Shown piece after piece: positions 51,101 through 62,051 of a stretch of DNA of 64,000 bases. The notes under the pieces were generated by a model. The model was not told the origin of the DNA. It did no database searches and saw only the letters and a program-made list of their open reading frames with translations. Source of the stretch: an uncultured bacterium (lineage in GTDB: Bacteria; Chloroflexota; UBA5177; JANWHV01). How positions within the stretch are numbered: position 1 is the first letter of the stretch; every line of letters starts with the position of its first letter. The DNA lies in contig CAWHAE010000010.1 in assembly GCA_963827235.1 (NCBI GenBank), positions 1,015,363 through 1,079,362 of the forward strand, in the 5' to 3' direction. The position numbers and the translations under genes are program-made.

Positions 51101-52579
51101 TCAGGGCGTACTCGCGAGCACCTGCTCCGCATCTAGCGGGCCGTTTGGCGCCTGCCCACCCAAGAGCGCCATCGCGCGGCTAACCGGAAGCCCGCGAGCG
51201 GCGGCGGAGCCGAGCAGCAGAGAGAGGCCGCGCGCGGTACCGGCGCCGTTGATCGTCCAGCTCAACTTCGCCCCTCGCAACACCGAGGCAACGTGCGCGC
51301 CGGCAGCCCGTAGCGCGCCCAGCTGCATAGTCTCCTGTGTATCGAGCCGGACGGCCAGTTGCTGTTGCGCGGTAAGGGCCGAAGCATCGTGCGCCGCTGC
51401 CGCTGCGCTCTCGCGCGCCACGGTGGTCGCCAGTATCCCGGCTATTGCCTCCGCCCGCGCCTGTGCCGTCATGTACATGCCGAGGGCGATAGTCAGCCTA
51501 TCGCACGTGGTCTGGGCGCTGCCTGTCCACTTCGCGCAGGCAGGCAGCGCCAGAGGCGCGAGAGCGAGTGGCCGGACGACCGCCAGCTGCGTGTAAGCAG
51601 GATCCGGCGGGTCGTTGATGATCTGATACTCGAGATAGAGAAACTCGGCCACGGTCACGCACAACTGGCCCGCGCTTGCCAGAAGGACGCTGCCCGCTGC
51701 CGTGCCAATCGGCCCAGTAGGAAGCAGCACGATGCCGGCCTCCGTGCCCAGGCAGGGGATGACGCCGGCCTTGGCGAGCGCGATAAAGCTCTGCCCCGCG
51801 TGCTCGCGCACCGATTGCGGCGTGCTGGGCGGTACCTTGGTGCCCGGGACCGGCGTGAGCTTGGTGGGCGTGAGTCCCGTGAGGCCGGCCGATATCGTGA
51901 GCGTGGCGTTGAGGGAGTCGGTGGCGTTCACGTCGGGGGACTTCCATGTGTTCTTGAAGTGGAAGCTGTAGGGTCCGCCGCGCGTGACAGCGACGAAGGG
52001 CTTATAGTCGGCGTCGAACTCCTTCGCGCCCTTTTCACCCGGTCCTGGCTCAACCCAGTAGGCGAACGCCGCGCAGGGGTCGGTCTGTTTGAGCCCGGTG
52101 GTGAGCGCCCTGTTGTCGAAGGGCGTGGCGGTGGTCAGGCTATACTGCTTCGAGAAGCTGGTGTAGGAGATGTTGAGCTGGTCGGGCACCGTCTGCTCGT
52201 AGCCGGCGACCTCGCTCAGCTTTTGGTTACAGGTGCGGCCAGAACTGCCGGGCGTCGGCAGCAGCACATAGTCGAAGGTGCCCTGCAGCTTCTTGTAGTG
52301 CCAGAACTCGTGCTCGCCGTTGTAGAGCTGGGCATCGGTGATCTGCCCCACTGCATCCCAGGTGACTGTGGCATACGCAACATCTCCAGGAACGCCTCTC
52401 GGGCTATTCGTCGCCGTCGACGTGGGGTAGGTCACGCCGAAGGTTCCGGCGTACTCGATCGTCGTCAGCGGGCTCGGCGACGCGGCCACGACCGGGCGGC
52501 CGGTGACGGAGACCGGCACCACGATCGTGCCCATAGCCAATGACAGCAGCAGGAGCAGGCGGCCGGTAACTCGCGACAT
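51101..52579 (-). CDS. Secreted hypothetical protein
   Basis: Signal peptide; beta-rich N-domain, TP linker, hydrophobic hairpin, DPPDPAY motif, helical C-terminus; GGAGGT RBS. Confidence 0.8.
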   Translation of the reverse strand: MSRVTGRLLLLLSLAMGTIVVPVSVTGRPVVAASPSPLTTIEYAGTFGVTYPTSTATNSPRGVPGDVAYATVTWDAVGQITDAQLYNGEHEFWHYKKLQGTFDYVLLPTPGSSGRTCNQKLSEVAGYEQTVPDQLNISYTSFSKQYSLTTATPFDNRALTTGLKQTDPCAAFAYWVEPGPGEKGAKEFDADYKPFVAVTRGGPYSFHFKNTWKSPDVNATDSLNATLTISAGLTGLTPTKLTPVPGTKVPPSTPQSVREHAGQSFIALAKAGVIPCLGTEAGIVLLPTGPIGTAAGSVLLASAGQLCVTVAEFLYLEYQIINDPPDPAYTQLAVVRPLALAPLALPACAKWTGSAQTTCDRLTIALGMYMTAQARAEAIAGILATTVARESAAAAAHDASALTAQQQLAVRLDTQETMQLGALRAAGAHVASVLRGAKLSWTINGAGTARGLSLLLGSAAARGLPVSRAMALLGGQAPNGPLDAEQVLASTP

Positions 52580-53184
52580 CGAAACACCTCCGGTGCGATG
52601 GGAAGTACGGTGGGCTGGCATCCAAGGGGCAGATGGCAGGCAGGTGCACAGCCTGCCGGTACAGGGCCTGGTGCACTGGACGTAGCGCGACGGGCCGCCG
52701 CGCTCAGCGACTGGCGCTGACTCAATGTAGATGGGTCAACGCCGAGCGTCAACATCAGCAGGCCTGGCCGATGTGACATGCTCACGCTGTCACTTTCCCC
52801 CGTATTCGGCCGTCAATCTCGGGGTATTTGGCCGTAGAGTTCGCCATGCCGAAGCGTACGTTGGAGCACACACGTCCTCGGTGAACAGATCGAGGTGCTG
52901 TTGCGCCTCGCCATGTGCCAGCGATTGCGGTAACGGCATGGGCTTCATGCTTCGTCACGCGGTGATAAGAACGCTGACCCGGCCCACTGGCGCAAGCTTC
53001 TGCATCAGTTCGCCACGGCAGCCCGCGCTCAACAGCCTACTTCGGCCGTTCGGTTTGAGCACAACAGCGCACACGGCCCGGGCGCATGTGTCTCACGCTA
53101 TGAAGCCGTTGCGCAGCAGGGTCCGCGCTGCGGGGCCGGACGATGTTAGAGTGGTCCGACGGCGCGCTGATTCGGGAGTAGCGC

Positions 53185-53490
53185 CTACTCGCGTGTGAGC
53201 GAGAGCGCCAGGCTGGGCACGACGAAGGACGCGAGAAAGATCGGCAGAATCCTCTTTCCGTTGCATCGGAAGGCGACGATTTCGCCCTCGGCGGCGTCGA
53301 AGCTCTGAGTTCGGCTGGAGTTTCGGCCATTGCGGACTTGCAGGGTGTGAGGTCCAGGTTCGACTGGTATCTCAATCGTGTCGTTCAATTCGAGCGACCC
53401 GACACGCTTACCGTCGACCACGATGTCGTACGTGCCACGACGGACCTCCACGCCGATTGCCTTGTGCCTCAGCTTCAGCGTTGCCGCCAT
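53185..53490 (-). CDS. Small hypothetical beta protein
   Basis: Intact ORF with GAGGAG RBS; YDIVVDGK...VEPGPHTLQVR. Confidence 0.75.
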   Translation of the reverse strand: MAATLKLRHKAIGVEVRRGTYDIVVDGKRVGSLELNDTIEIPVEPGPHTLQVRNGRNSSRTQSFDAAEGEIVAFRCNGKRILPIFLASFVVPSLALSLTRE

Positions 53491-53562
53491 CGTTGATCTC
53501 CTCTTCTCTTGACAGGTGTTTATTCTGGGTGCGCGCCGACGGACGCCAGGTGCCGGCGACGG

Positions 53563-53690
53563 TCATCCACGTCTGCCGGTCAGGAGCTGTGCGCGGTCGA
53601 ACATCGCGGCGACGACGCGCCAGGCGAGCGGGTCGACGGCCAGTGGGGCAGCGGCGAGACCGAGCGCGAGAGTGGTCGACACGGTGACAT
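53563..53690 (-). pseudogene. C-terminal remnant of an ABC-2 permease
   Basis: LALGLAAAPLAVDPLAWRVVAAMFDRAQLLTG stop. Confidence 0.45.
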
Positions 53691-53805
53691 CGTGGCGTCG
53701 TCGCCCATCGGCATTCACCTCTCATCGCGGATCTACGCCGCCAGTTCTGTGGCACACATAGCGCAATGGTAGCAGGCAGCTGGTCAATCTGCTAATATTT
53801 TGGTC

Positions 53806-54426
53806 ATGCAACAAGGAGAGGCAGGGGCCGAGCGCACGTTCATCGAGACCGCCCGCCGGGCGCAGATCGTGGTGGCGGCGATTGACACCATCGCCGAGGC
53901 TGGCTATGCGGGAGCGTCCTTCGCCCGCATCGCTGAGCGATTGGGGATCAGCCGGGGCCTCATCAGCTATCACTTCGCCGGCAAGGACGACCTCATCAAG
54001 CAGGTCGTCCACCAAGCGGCTGAACAGGCCAAAGCGTACATACGTCCGCGGATCCTCGCCGAGTCAACCGGCCCGGGAATGCTGCGGGCCTACATCGCAT
54101 CGAACCTCGCGTTCATGCGAGATCACCGCAACAACGTGATCGCCATGGTCGAGATCGCACGTAGTGCGGAGGGGCGACGCATCTTCTACGGCGACACGGA
54201 CGTGGTCGACGCGGTCCGCGCCCTCGAGCACCTGTTGTCTGGTTGCCAAACAGCTGGCCATTTCCGCCCTGACTTCGACGCCCGCGTCATGGCAATCGCG
54301 ATCCGCGCCGCCATCGAGGCCGTATCGCCCCGGTTGGCCTTGGATCCGGAGTTCGACATCGACCACTACGCCAGTGAGATCGCCACCGTCTTCGACCTCG
54401 CAACCCGTGTCGAGGGCGGGCCGTGA
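53806..54426 (+). CDS. TetR-family transcriptional regulator
   Basis: RRAQIVVAAIDTIAEAGY...SFARIAERLGISRGLISYHFAGKDDL. Confidence 0.93.
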   Translation: MQQGEAGAERTFIETARRAQIVVAAIDTIAEAGYAGASFARIAERLGISRGLISYHFAGKDDLIKQVVHQAAEQAKAYIRPRILAESTGPGMLRAYIASNLAFMRDHRNNVIAMVEIARSAEGRRIFYGDTDVVDAVRALEHLLSGCQTAGHFRPDFDARVMAIAIRAAIEAVSPRLALDPEFDIDHYASEIATVFDLATRVEGGP

Positions 54427-54670
54427 CGTGAAAGGAGCGCCAATCTGATACTGCGGATCCTGCAGCAGGCCGCCACGCCGGCGGGTGCGCCAGCGCCGCA
54501 GTCAGTGGTCCAACAGGATATCCGCGCGCGGCCGGACGATCTGCTCTCAGTCTAGCTCAGCAACACCCGCGACGCGCACAAGGTCTGCGACGCTTACCAG
54601 CAGGCACCCGAGCCTGGCCGACACGCTCTGGTGTGCTCTCTCAGTGCCATACAACAGCAAGAGGTTCCAC

Positions 54671-55999
54671 ATGCGTACCATGCAGCTCGGCGTGCCGCTC
54701 GCCCGCGCCCTTGCCGTCAGCAGCGTTCTGCTTGCCCTCCCGTCACCCTTTGCCGCGCCGTCCGTGGTCGCTGCGCAGAGTCCGGCCGCGTCGCCGTCGT
54801 CCGTACAGGGCTGCGCCTGGCCGGTGGCCGAGAGCATCGCCACGTCCAACGTGCTCGCTCCAGACAGCAACGCAGCCTACTGGCTCGAGCCCTTCGTCGT
54901 CCAGAGCAACCTCCGCATCAGCATCGCTGGTCGCTTTCCCGATGCCCGCTACGCCTCGTTCAACGTGTACGACAGCGCCACGCACGCCTTCACGCGCAAT
55001 GGCGTCGGCTCGGCGCTGGCCGACTACCAGATCGCACCGGACCCGGGCAGTGCCAACCCCTGGCAGGAGCAGGCGACACCGGGCGGCCACTTCACCGTGA
55101 CGCTGCGCACGGACGTTGCGCCGCACCAGGCCAACACGCTGCCGCTGGCCCCGGCAGGCACTGCCAACGGGCGGCCAGGCTACATAGAGTATCGCATCTA
55201 CCTCCCTGCCGGCGGCAACGCCGCGACCGTGCCGTTGCCCAGCTTGACATTCCAACAAGGCAGCACCTCCCGCACCCTGCAGGTCTGCGCGCACCCCTTT
55301 GCACTCGGCGCCGGCGCCACCCCGACGGCGACCCCCAGGCGTACTGGCCATGCCGCACCGACCCTCTCGCCGGAGCCCGCTCGCGCCGCCCTGCCCAAGC
55401 AGTTGCAGTTCTCCCGGCCGTCGCCGCAGGCCGCAGGCAACCTCTTCCCGGATAGCGACGACGCGCCACTGGCCGCCGTCATGGTGCCTCCGGCGCCGGC
55501 AGACGTGGTGGTGGTGACGGCGAAGGCCCCCACGGCGCCATCGGGTGACCATCCCGTGCTCTGGCCGGCGGCGGGCGAGGACCTGCGCTACTGGTCCCTG
55601 TGCACCATTGTGAGCACGGTGGAGTTGCCTACGGTTGCCAACCGGTTGCCGAACGGCACCACGGACTACGGGTGCCGCGACAATGACGCGACCACGGTCG
55701 ATGCGGCCGGCTACTACTTCTACGTCATTGGTCGCGAGTCGCAACGCGCCACCATCGCGAGCATATCCCACGTCACGTTTCTGCCGCTCTCGTCCAGCGC
55801 GCCGGCGGTACTCCATGTCCTGTATCTGCGCAACAAGCTGGAGAATCCCGGCTTTGCCCACGGGGCACAGCAGGTGACGCAGTATGGGAGTGCCACGGCG
55901 GCGGCAGCGGCCATGGGACCCTACTACCCGCGAGCGGCGGTCTGTCTCCTCAGCACCCTCACCGCCAAAGGTCCGCAGGCTTGCCTGCCGCATCCCTGA
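54671..55999 (+). CDS. Secreted hypothetical protein with two beta-sandwich-like halves
   Basis: Signal peptide; GRFPDARYASFNVY, IAPDPGSANPW, LRYWSLC, MGPYYP; GAGG RBS. Confidence 0.8.
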   Translation: MRTMQLGVPLARALAVSSVLLALPSPFAAPSVVAAQSPAASPSSVQGCAWPVAESIATSNVLAPDSNAAYWLEPFVVQSNLRISIAGRFPDARYASFNVYDSATHAFTRNGVGSALADYQIAPDPGSANPWQEQATPGGHFTVTLRTDVAPHQANTLPLAPAGTANGRPGYIEYRIYLPAGGNAATVPLPSLTFQQGSTSRTLQVCAHPFALGAGATPTATPRRTGHAAPTLSPEPARAALPKQLQFSRPSPQAAGNLFPDSDDAPLAAVMVPPAPADVVVVTAKAPTAPSGDHPVLWPAAGEDLRYWSLCTIVSTVELPTVANRLPNGTTDYGCRDNDATTVDAAGYYFYVIGRESQRATIASISHVTFLPLSSSAPAVLHVLYLRNKLENPGFAHGAQQVTQYGSATAAAAAMGPYYPRAAVCLLSTLTAKGPQACLPHP

Positions 56000-56168
56000 C
56001 GTGGCTGAGATTCGCCCAGAGAGAGATGGAGCCATATACGCAGAGCCCAGTACGCCGAAGCTAGAGTACACGGGAGGCGGGGAGACGCCGGCGTCCCTGA
56101 TTCTGCCGCCTTCTGTGGCGGCGATGAGAAGACCGGACGACTCTCCTGTCATTCCGCCCGGAGCAGCG

Positions 56169-56575
56169 ATGACCCAGCCACAAACGACAGAGAAGCCCGT
56201 TGACGCACGCACGTGGGACCGAGGTACTGTGGACAATCGGCCAGCGCAGTCCGGGCCGGCCAAGCCGGTGATCGACGTTCGGCACCTCACAAAGCGCTTT
56301 GGTGCAGTAACCGCCGTCGAAGACGTGTCGTTTCAGGTGCACGGGGTCCCTACCGTTGGGCACGCCACCCCTCCTACACGGGTCTTATCGTCTTCTTCGT
56401 CGGCCTGGGACTGGCACTCAGCAACTGGGCATCACTGATACTGCTGGCGGTCGTGCCGACGTCCGGGCTGGTCGCACGTATCCACTCGGAGGAAAAGGCA
56501 CTCGTCGCTGCGTTCGGCGACAGGTATCTCCGTTTCGCCGCGACGCGAGCACGGCTGTTCCCAGGCGTGTGGTGA
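56169..56575 (+). pseudogene. Chimeric remnant: ABC ATPase N-terminus joined to isoprenylcysteine-methyltransferase-family C-terminus
   Basis: VIDVRHLTKRFGAVTAVEDVSFQV then, in another frame, GPYRWARHPSYTG...EEKAL...FGDRY...RLFPGVW. Confidence 0.75.
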
Positions 56576-57351
56576 CTGGGCAGTCTGGCGCGCAGATCGT
56601 CCTGGCGAGCACCCCCGAGGAGCCTGCCAGTCATAGCGCCCCGCTGGTGGGGTTACTACGGCCAACCTATCAATCAGAGCGTCGACACCCAGGCGTGGCA
56701 GGGCTTGCGGGCATTGCTGCGCCAAAGTCCGCGTGCATTTGGCCACGATACCAGCGCTTGGACGCTGGAGTTGGTGGCCGAGTGGCCTATCGACACGGGC
56801 TGACCAGCTGGGGGTGAGCGGCGAGACAGTCCGTGCCACGCTGGTGCGGGTGGGCATGGGCGGGCCTCGAGTCACGTTCTGAACCACCAGCCCCTACCCG
56901 AATGACGCACCGAAAAAGGGTGGTGCGGGGATGAGCAGGCAGGGCCAAGATCACGAGAGGCATAGCAGGGCGCACCGTTCGCAAGCGTGGGCACGCCCGC
57001 CAGGTGGTCCGACACTGTCCGCCACGCCGAAAACGCCTCGGTACGGTTAGCCGGCGTGGCTGCTAGTTGACTGGGATCGCGCTGCGAAGTCGCGCCGTCG
57101 CTCCTGAAGCGCCGCGAGCTGCTCAGCGATCGTACGCTACGCCAACGGCAAGACGCCCAGCTCCTTCCGCAGCCAGGCCGGCGTCGCCCACATCGTGCCA
57201 TTGCGCGGCGTGCTATTGTGGGATTGGCACGAGCAGTCGCGCTCAACCGGTGGCGTTGTGACCGTCGTCTGCAGCTATCAGCACGCGGTTAAAAGGGCCA
57301 CAGCTGCCTTCACGATCACGAGCTGAGCGAAGCTTATGAGGAGCGAAAGAG

Positions 57352-57885
57352 GTGCTAGCTACAGTCATTACGCTCTTGGCCGCGCTCGTCGCCGCAGGCA
57401 CCGGCATGTGGAACACCTTCCGCCAGGAACGATTCAGCCGCGACGAGGAGATGGTCAAGTGGATTCGTACTGAGGGCCGGCCACTGTTCGCACGCTTCCT
57501 GCATGCGAGCAAGCAACACGCACTGGACGTTGGCGTGTTGGCCGGTCTAACCGATAACAGCAAAGAAGCGCGCACGAAGGCAAGCGCAGCGTACTTCGAG
57601 CTCGACACTCTCTACGACGAGATAGAGCTCACCGCCGCACCGGATATCGTCCGCGCAGCACAGCGACTCATGCGCTACCACACCGTCATCGATCACGAAG
57701 CCTGGGAGGCGCTGTTTCCAATCCAAGGCGCGGCGGAGGGCAACCTTAACTACTCCCTGTATAAGATCCGCGAGGTACAACAAGAATACAGCAGAGCAGT
57801 CCGCTCTACGTTAGGGACAAGTCCGGCACCCTTACGAGACGATACCGACGCCAAAGCGGAGACAGCAGGCGCCAAGCAAAGTTGA
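57352..57885 (+). CDS. Hypothetical N-terminally anchored helical protein
   Basis: Hydrophobic N-terminus; GAGGAG upstream; lower GC. Confidence 0.6.
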   Translation: MLATVITLLAALVAAGTGMWNTFRQERFSRDEEMVKWIRTEGRPLFARFLHASKQHALDVGVLAGLTDNSKEARTKASAAYFELDTLYDEIELTAAPDIVRAAQRLMRYHTVIDHEAWEALFPIQGAAEGNLNYSLYKIREVQQEYSRAVRSTLGTSPAPLRDDTDAKAETAGAKQS

Positions 57886-58067
57886 ACGCGGTGCGACCGG
57901 GTTTGACCCTGTTTGCGCCAATTGCTACTGCCCGAGGTAGATGTTGTCACCGCCCAGCACGATTGTCATCGCGCGCACCGCCGCGTCCCTGGCAGTGACG
58001 GCGCTTTCACCGCCGCGACATCCAGCCCGGCACGAAGTACCTGCGGGGCGGCGGTCGCTCACACTGT

Positions 58068-58469
58068 CTATCGCACCGGCCAGAATGCACCAGGGCGGCA
58101 GCTGATGAATCCGAGCAGAGGTGCGCTTCGGCGTGTTGCCTCGACGACGATTGTTTGGCAGTTCGGGCAATACTGTGCGTCCTTGATAGCGCTCTTCCCG
58201 ACGATGACCTTCGGGCTACCCTGAGATTGCTTTCCAGCCGGCTGTTGACGCTTTTGGCGTGGCTGTCGAGGTTGCTGCCGAGGCGGATTATTCGTCGTCG
58301 TTTGGATACTGACACCGGTTCCGGGAATAGCGACCGTCGTCGTTCGTCTTCCCTTGCTATTGACGGTGTACTGCATGCCCTTGCGACCGAGCGTCACACC
58401 AACGCTCTACTTGTTGAGATTGAGCCGGATCCCGGGTGCTATGCGGAAACTCTGGCGGAAGCGAAACAT
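58068..58469 (-). pseudogene. DUF4236-domain protein with an in-frame amber stop
   Basis: MFRFRQSFRIAPGIRLNLNK*SVGVTLG...IPGTGVS; TAG at 58409-58407. Confidence 0.75.
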
Positions 58470-58959
58470 GACGAGCTGGGCAGTCGGCACAAGTGCGACC
58501 AGCCTTAGCGGTCCCACAGGAGTGGCGATAGACGGCAACGGTGGCCTCTACGTGGCGGACTACTACAACAACCGGGTGCTCTACTATGCCCGGGCCAGCA
58601 CCAAGGCCAGCAGGGTCTTGGGTCAGCTCAGTATGACCAGCAGCGCGGCGTTCACGGGCGCTACCGGCCTGAACGGTCCGATGGGCGTTGCGGTAGATGG
58701 TAGCGGTGGCCTGTATGTGGCAGATTCGGGCAACAACCGGGTGCTCTACTACCCCACAGGCAGCACGACAGCGAGCGTGGTCTACGGCCAGCCCAACATG
58801 ACCAGCCACGGCCGGGGCACGGGCGCTAGCGGCTTGGACGACCCCAGCGACGTTGCGGTGGATGGCAGGGGCGGCCTGTACGTCGCGGATTCACTCAACA
58901 ACAGAGTGCTTTACCTCTCACCCCCTCGAGGCGGGCAGCGGAGTTGCGCTCATCGCTAG
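58468..58959 (+). pseudogene. NHL-repeat protein fragment, N-terminus missing
   Basis: Three L..P.GVAVDG.GGLYVAD..NNRVLY repeats. Confidence 0.8.
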
Positions 58960-59376
58960 ACCATCACCGGAACCCACCGGCCGCCGTACCTTCGCCGTAC
59001 GCACAAGAAAGCGGAGCCGTGGTGGAGGGAGCGGAGTTGACACGTCGGGCGGGCCCCGACCGGAACAGGCGGAGCGGGCATGCCGTCACAGATCGGAGCG
59101 AGCATTGATGGCTTGACCGGAAAAGCACGCGCGACCTGGCTCGGTAGTTACGATGGGATAAGTGCTGCGACGTCTTCGCGATACTCGATTTCGCAGTGCA
59201 GCGTGCGCTCAGGATTGCTGCTGCTCAGGTGTCTTGGCTGTGCATCCGGCCCAGCACGCTCAGGGCGTAGCGGTCGTCGCGGATGATCCTGCTGGTGGGA
59301 TGGCTGGCGAACGCCTGGCACCCTCGCGTTGATCGACGGACTGCACGTGCCTGCAGGTCCAACAAGCAGCATGCTT

Positions 59377-59483
59377 GCTCGTGGGTGGACCTCGCCACAT
59401 CACCGTTGGCGAATTTGGGAAGATGAGTTCCCGCACCTGACTCTGCTGTGGGACGCTGCTCCGACAGGCCCTGGTAGCGTCGC
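59377..59483 (+). repeat. 107-bp inverted repeat, left copy
   Basis: Reverse complement of 63430-63536 with a few substitutions. Confidence 0.9.
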
Positions 59484-59550
59484 CAACACGCGGTTGCGCG
59501 CCGGTGATGCGGTATCGCGTTGCGCTGCTGTGGATAATGCCCTTGACTAA

Positions 59551-61419
59551 ATGCGATACTCGACCCCTATCGCACCGTATGCTACGCTTCCGAACTATCA
59601 GCATGCCTGTGCTTGCCAGATAGCGCCGGTTTCGAGGCCTATGGAAGCGTCGGAAGACTTCCAGCAGTCAGCACTCCGCTTCACGGACCCCATCCAGTTT
59701 GACTATGAGGTGATCCGGGAGGTCGTGCTGGCCGATGAGACCATCCAGCAGCGCAGCCGCGTGACCGGGATTGACCGTGCTACCGTGGCCGAAAAGGCCC
59801 GTCGCTTCGTGCAGGAGGGCATGCTCGGCCTGATTGACAGACGGCGCGGACCCCAGCAAGGCCGCCAACCATACCCGGACGTTGTCGCCGGCTATATTCT
59901 ATACATCAAACAGCTTTGTCCCGCGTTGCATGACCGCGAGATTGCGCGTATTGTCCAGCGCGAGTATGGCTGCAAAACGAACCACCACACCGTCCGGTTG
60001 TTTCTTCGCCGCCATCCTATCCCCGTGCAGCTGCCCCTGCCAATCAACCGCTTCCACACGTTTGACGATGCCTATCAGGCGCGCTGGACAGTGGTCCGCC
60101 TCTTCTATGAGGGCTGGCACCAGCAGAGCATCGCCACCTTCCTCGGGCTCTCGCGCCAACATGTGTGGACGATCGTGGAACACTTCAAGCGGGATGAATT
60201 CGCCGGGCTGGAAGGGCACCGCACCGGCCCGGCAAACCGTCCGGCGAATCAACTGACGCTCCCGTTCATCAAAGAGGTGCTGGATCTCCAGCAGGAGTAC
60301 CCACGCGCAGGCGAGTTTCGTGTGCACGGGCTCCTGGTGCAACAGCATAGCGATGGGCAGCCCAGTACGCGCACCGTCGGGCGGGCCATGGCTATCAATC
60401 GCGCACACCATGACGCACCAGGTCCGTGGGTGACAGACGCCGTGGCTCCCATGGATGACGGCATGACCAAGTACCTCCCGTTTGAGCCGACCTACCCCCA
60501 CCGCTTCTGGTTTCTGGACTTTCGCTACCTGGTCCGTCTGGGCGATGACGATCACTGGGTCTACTCGCTGTGTATCTTCGAGGGCTACTCGCGCAAAATC
60601 CTGGCAGGCATGGCCACCGAGTACCAGGACACCGTGGCCGTGCTGCAACTGCTGACGGCGGCGTTGGCCGAATACAGCCGGCCCCGTGGCATGGTCTCCG
60701 ACAATGGCGCCGTGTTCACCTCCGATGCCTACGAAGGCCTGCTGCGCGAACTAGAGATCAAGGTTTGCCACATCGAGAAGGGGAAACCCTGGGAGGACCT
60801 AGCTGAAGCTCAGTTCAAGGTGCAGTTGCGTCTTGCGGACAGGAAATTCGAACTGGCCCAGGACTTTCTGGAGGTGCAGCAGCGGCATGCGGAGTTCGTA
60901 GAAACATTCAACACCACAGACCACTGGGCGCATCGGGAGCGGGCGGATGGGCGGCGCACTCCAGAGGCCGTGTTGGATGCGAGACGTGCACGACTGATGG
61001 AGGCTGGGCAGTTGCAGCAAGCGCTCCGTCACCTGCAGATGGGCCGTATAGTCAACTCCTACGGCTATGTGAGCATTCAGCGCTTCTATATATATGCCGA
61101 GCGTGGGCTTGCACGGCAGCGTGTGTCAATCTGGCTCTACGATGGGCACTTGAACATCGACCATCAGGAAGCGCTGCTTGCACGCTACCGCTATCGCGCC
61201 GACCGCGCCGACCGGCGTCTACGCGCAGTGGAGCGGCCGGAACTCTTCGAGACGGCCCACGCCTCGCCGCAGCTCGAACTCTTCGAACTAGACGACGCCC
61301 TGTGGCGCAAAGTCCTGGAGTTGGCGCCGCGACATAGGCATCCGCGGGGACCGCAGCGCACAGCAGAGCAGCTCGTATTTCCGTTCACCGCGCTGCTGAC
61401 GCTTGTGGTGGGGGCATAG
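59551..61419 (+). mobile_element. rve/DDE transposase (IS481-like) with multiple HTH domains; true start uncertain
   Basis: WFLDFRY (D), SDNGAVF (D), LAEAQF (E); two HTH blocks; RTP motif. Confidence 0.85.
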
Positions 61420-61502
61420 ACAGCCCATGCTTGCGGCCACCTCCGCGCCACTGTGACGTCAGGCATGCGCGAGCATACCAACCGAACATTCTAACCGGTC
61501 GG

Positions 61503-61757
61503 TCAGTTGCGCTGCTGGCCGGTCGCCCTTCGCTGCTCGCGCAGCCGGCGCATACGTTCAGCGGCGGCATCTCGGTCGTCCTGCCGCCGCCACTGCTCCA
61601 CCTGCCGCCTGCAGAATGGGCAGTAGCGTGGCCTCGGGCCAGGGTAGCGGAGTTCCGTCACGGTCACCTCGCAGTACGGGAACTGGCAGGTGTACGTGAC
61701 TTCGCGCTGCTTGAGTGTGCGCACGTGTGTACTTACCTGAATGATCTTCTCCGCCAT
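61503..61757 (-). CDS. Small Zn-binding protein convergent with the transposase
   Basis: CQFPYC...PGPRPRYCPFC followed by an Arg-rich helix (AAERMRRLR). Confidence 0.7.
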   Translation of the reverse strand: MAEKIIQVSTHVRTLKQREVTYTCQFPYCEVTVTELRYPGPRPRYCPFCRRQVEQWRRQDDRDAAAERMRRLREQRRATGQQRN

Positions 61758-62051
61758 GGTCCGTCAGCCACACCCCACTTGGGATTCGCGCAATGCAGCC
61801 CAGAATCGGTGCATATGTTCGCGCATACTTGCAAGTATATGCGGACGTTCGGTGTCTTGTCTCACGAGCTGCGCCGGGACTGAAAGACCATCCGGCCTTG
61901 CTTGCCTGTCGGAGCACCGCGCCGGCGCTGCAGTGGCGGGGGGCAGGTGGACGGCCAGCGCCCAGTCACGCTCCAGGCCTGGCAGGTAGCACTGCCATGA
62001 GGGGTAGCGATTGGCGAAGCTAGCAATGGGCCATAGAGCGGTAGGACGCTC

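Noticed and set aside
58407-58409. Amber readthrough or recoding, possibly by the odd tRNA
   Set aside because: The tRNA loop centres on ACT, not CTA, and many intact genes here end in TAG; a simple nonsense mutation is more likely
59529-59537. Perfect DnaA box TGTGGATAA before the transposase
   Set aside because: A single 9-mer can occur by chance; no cluster and no matching right IS end was found
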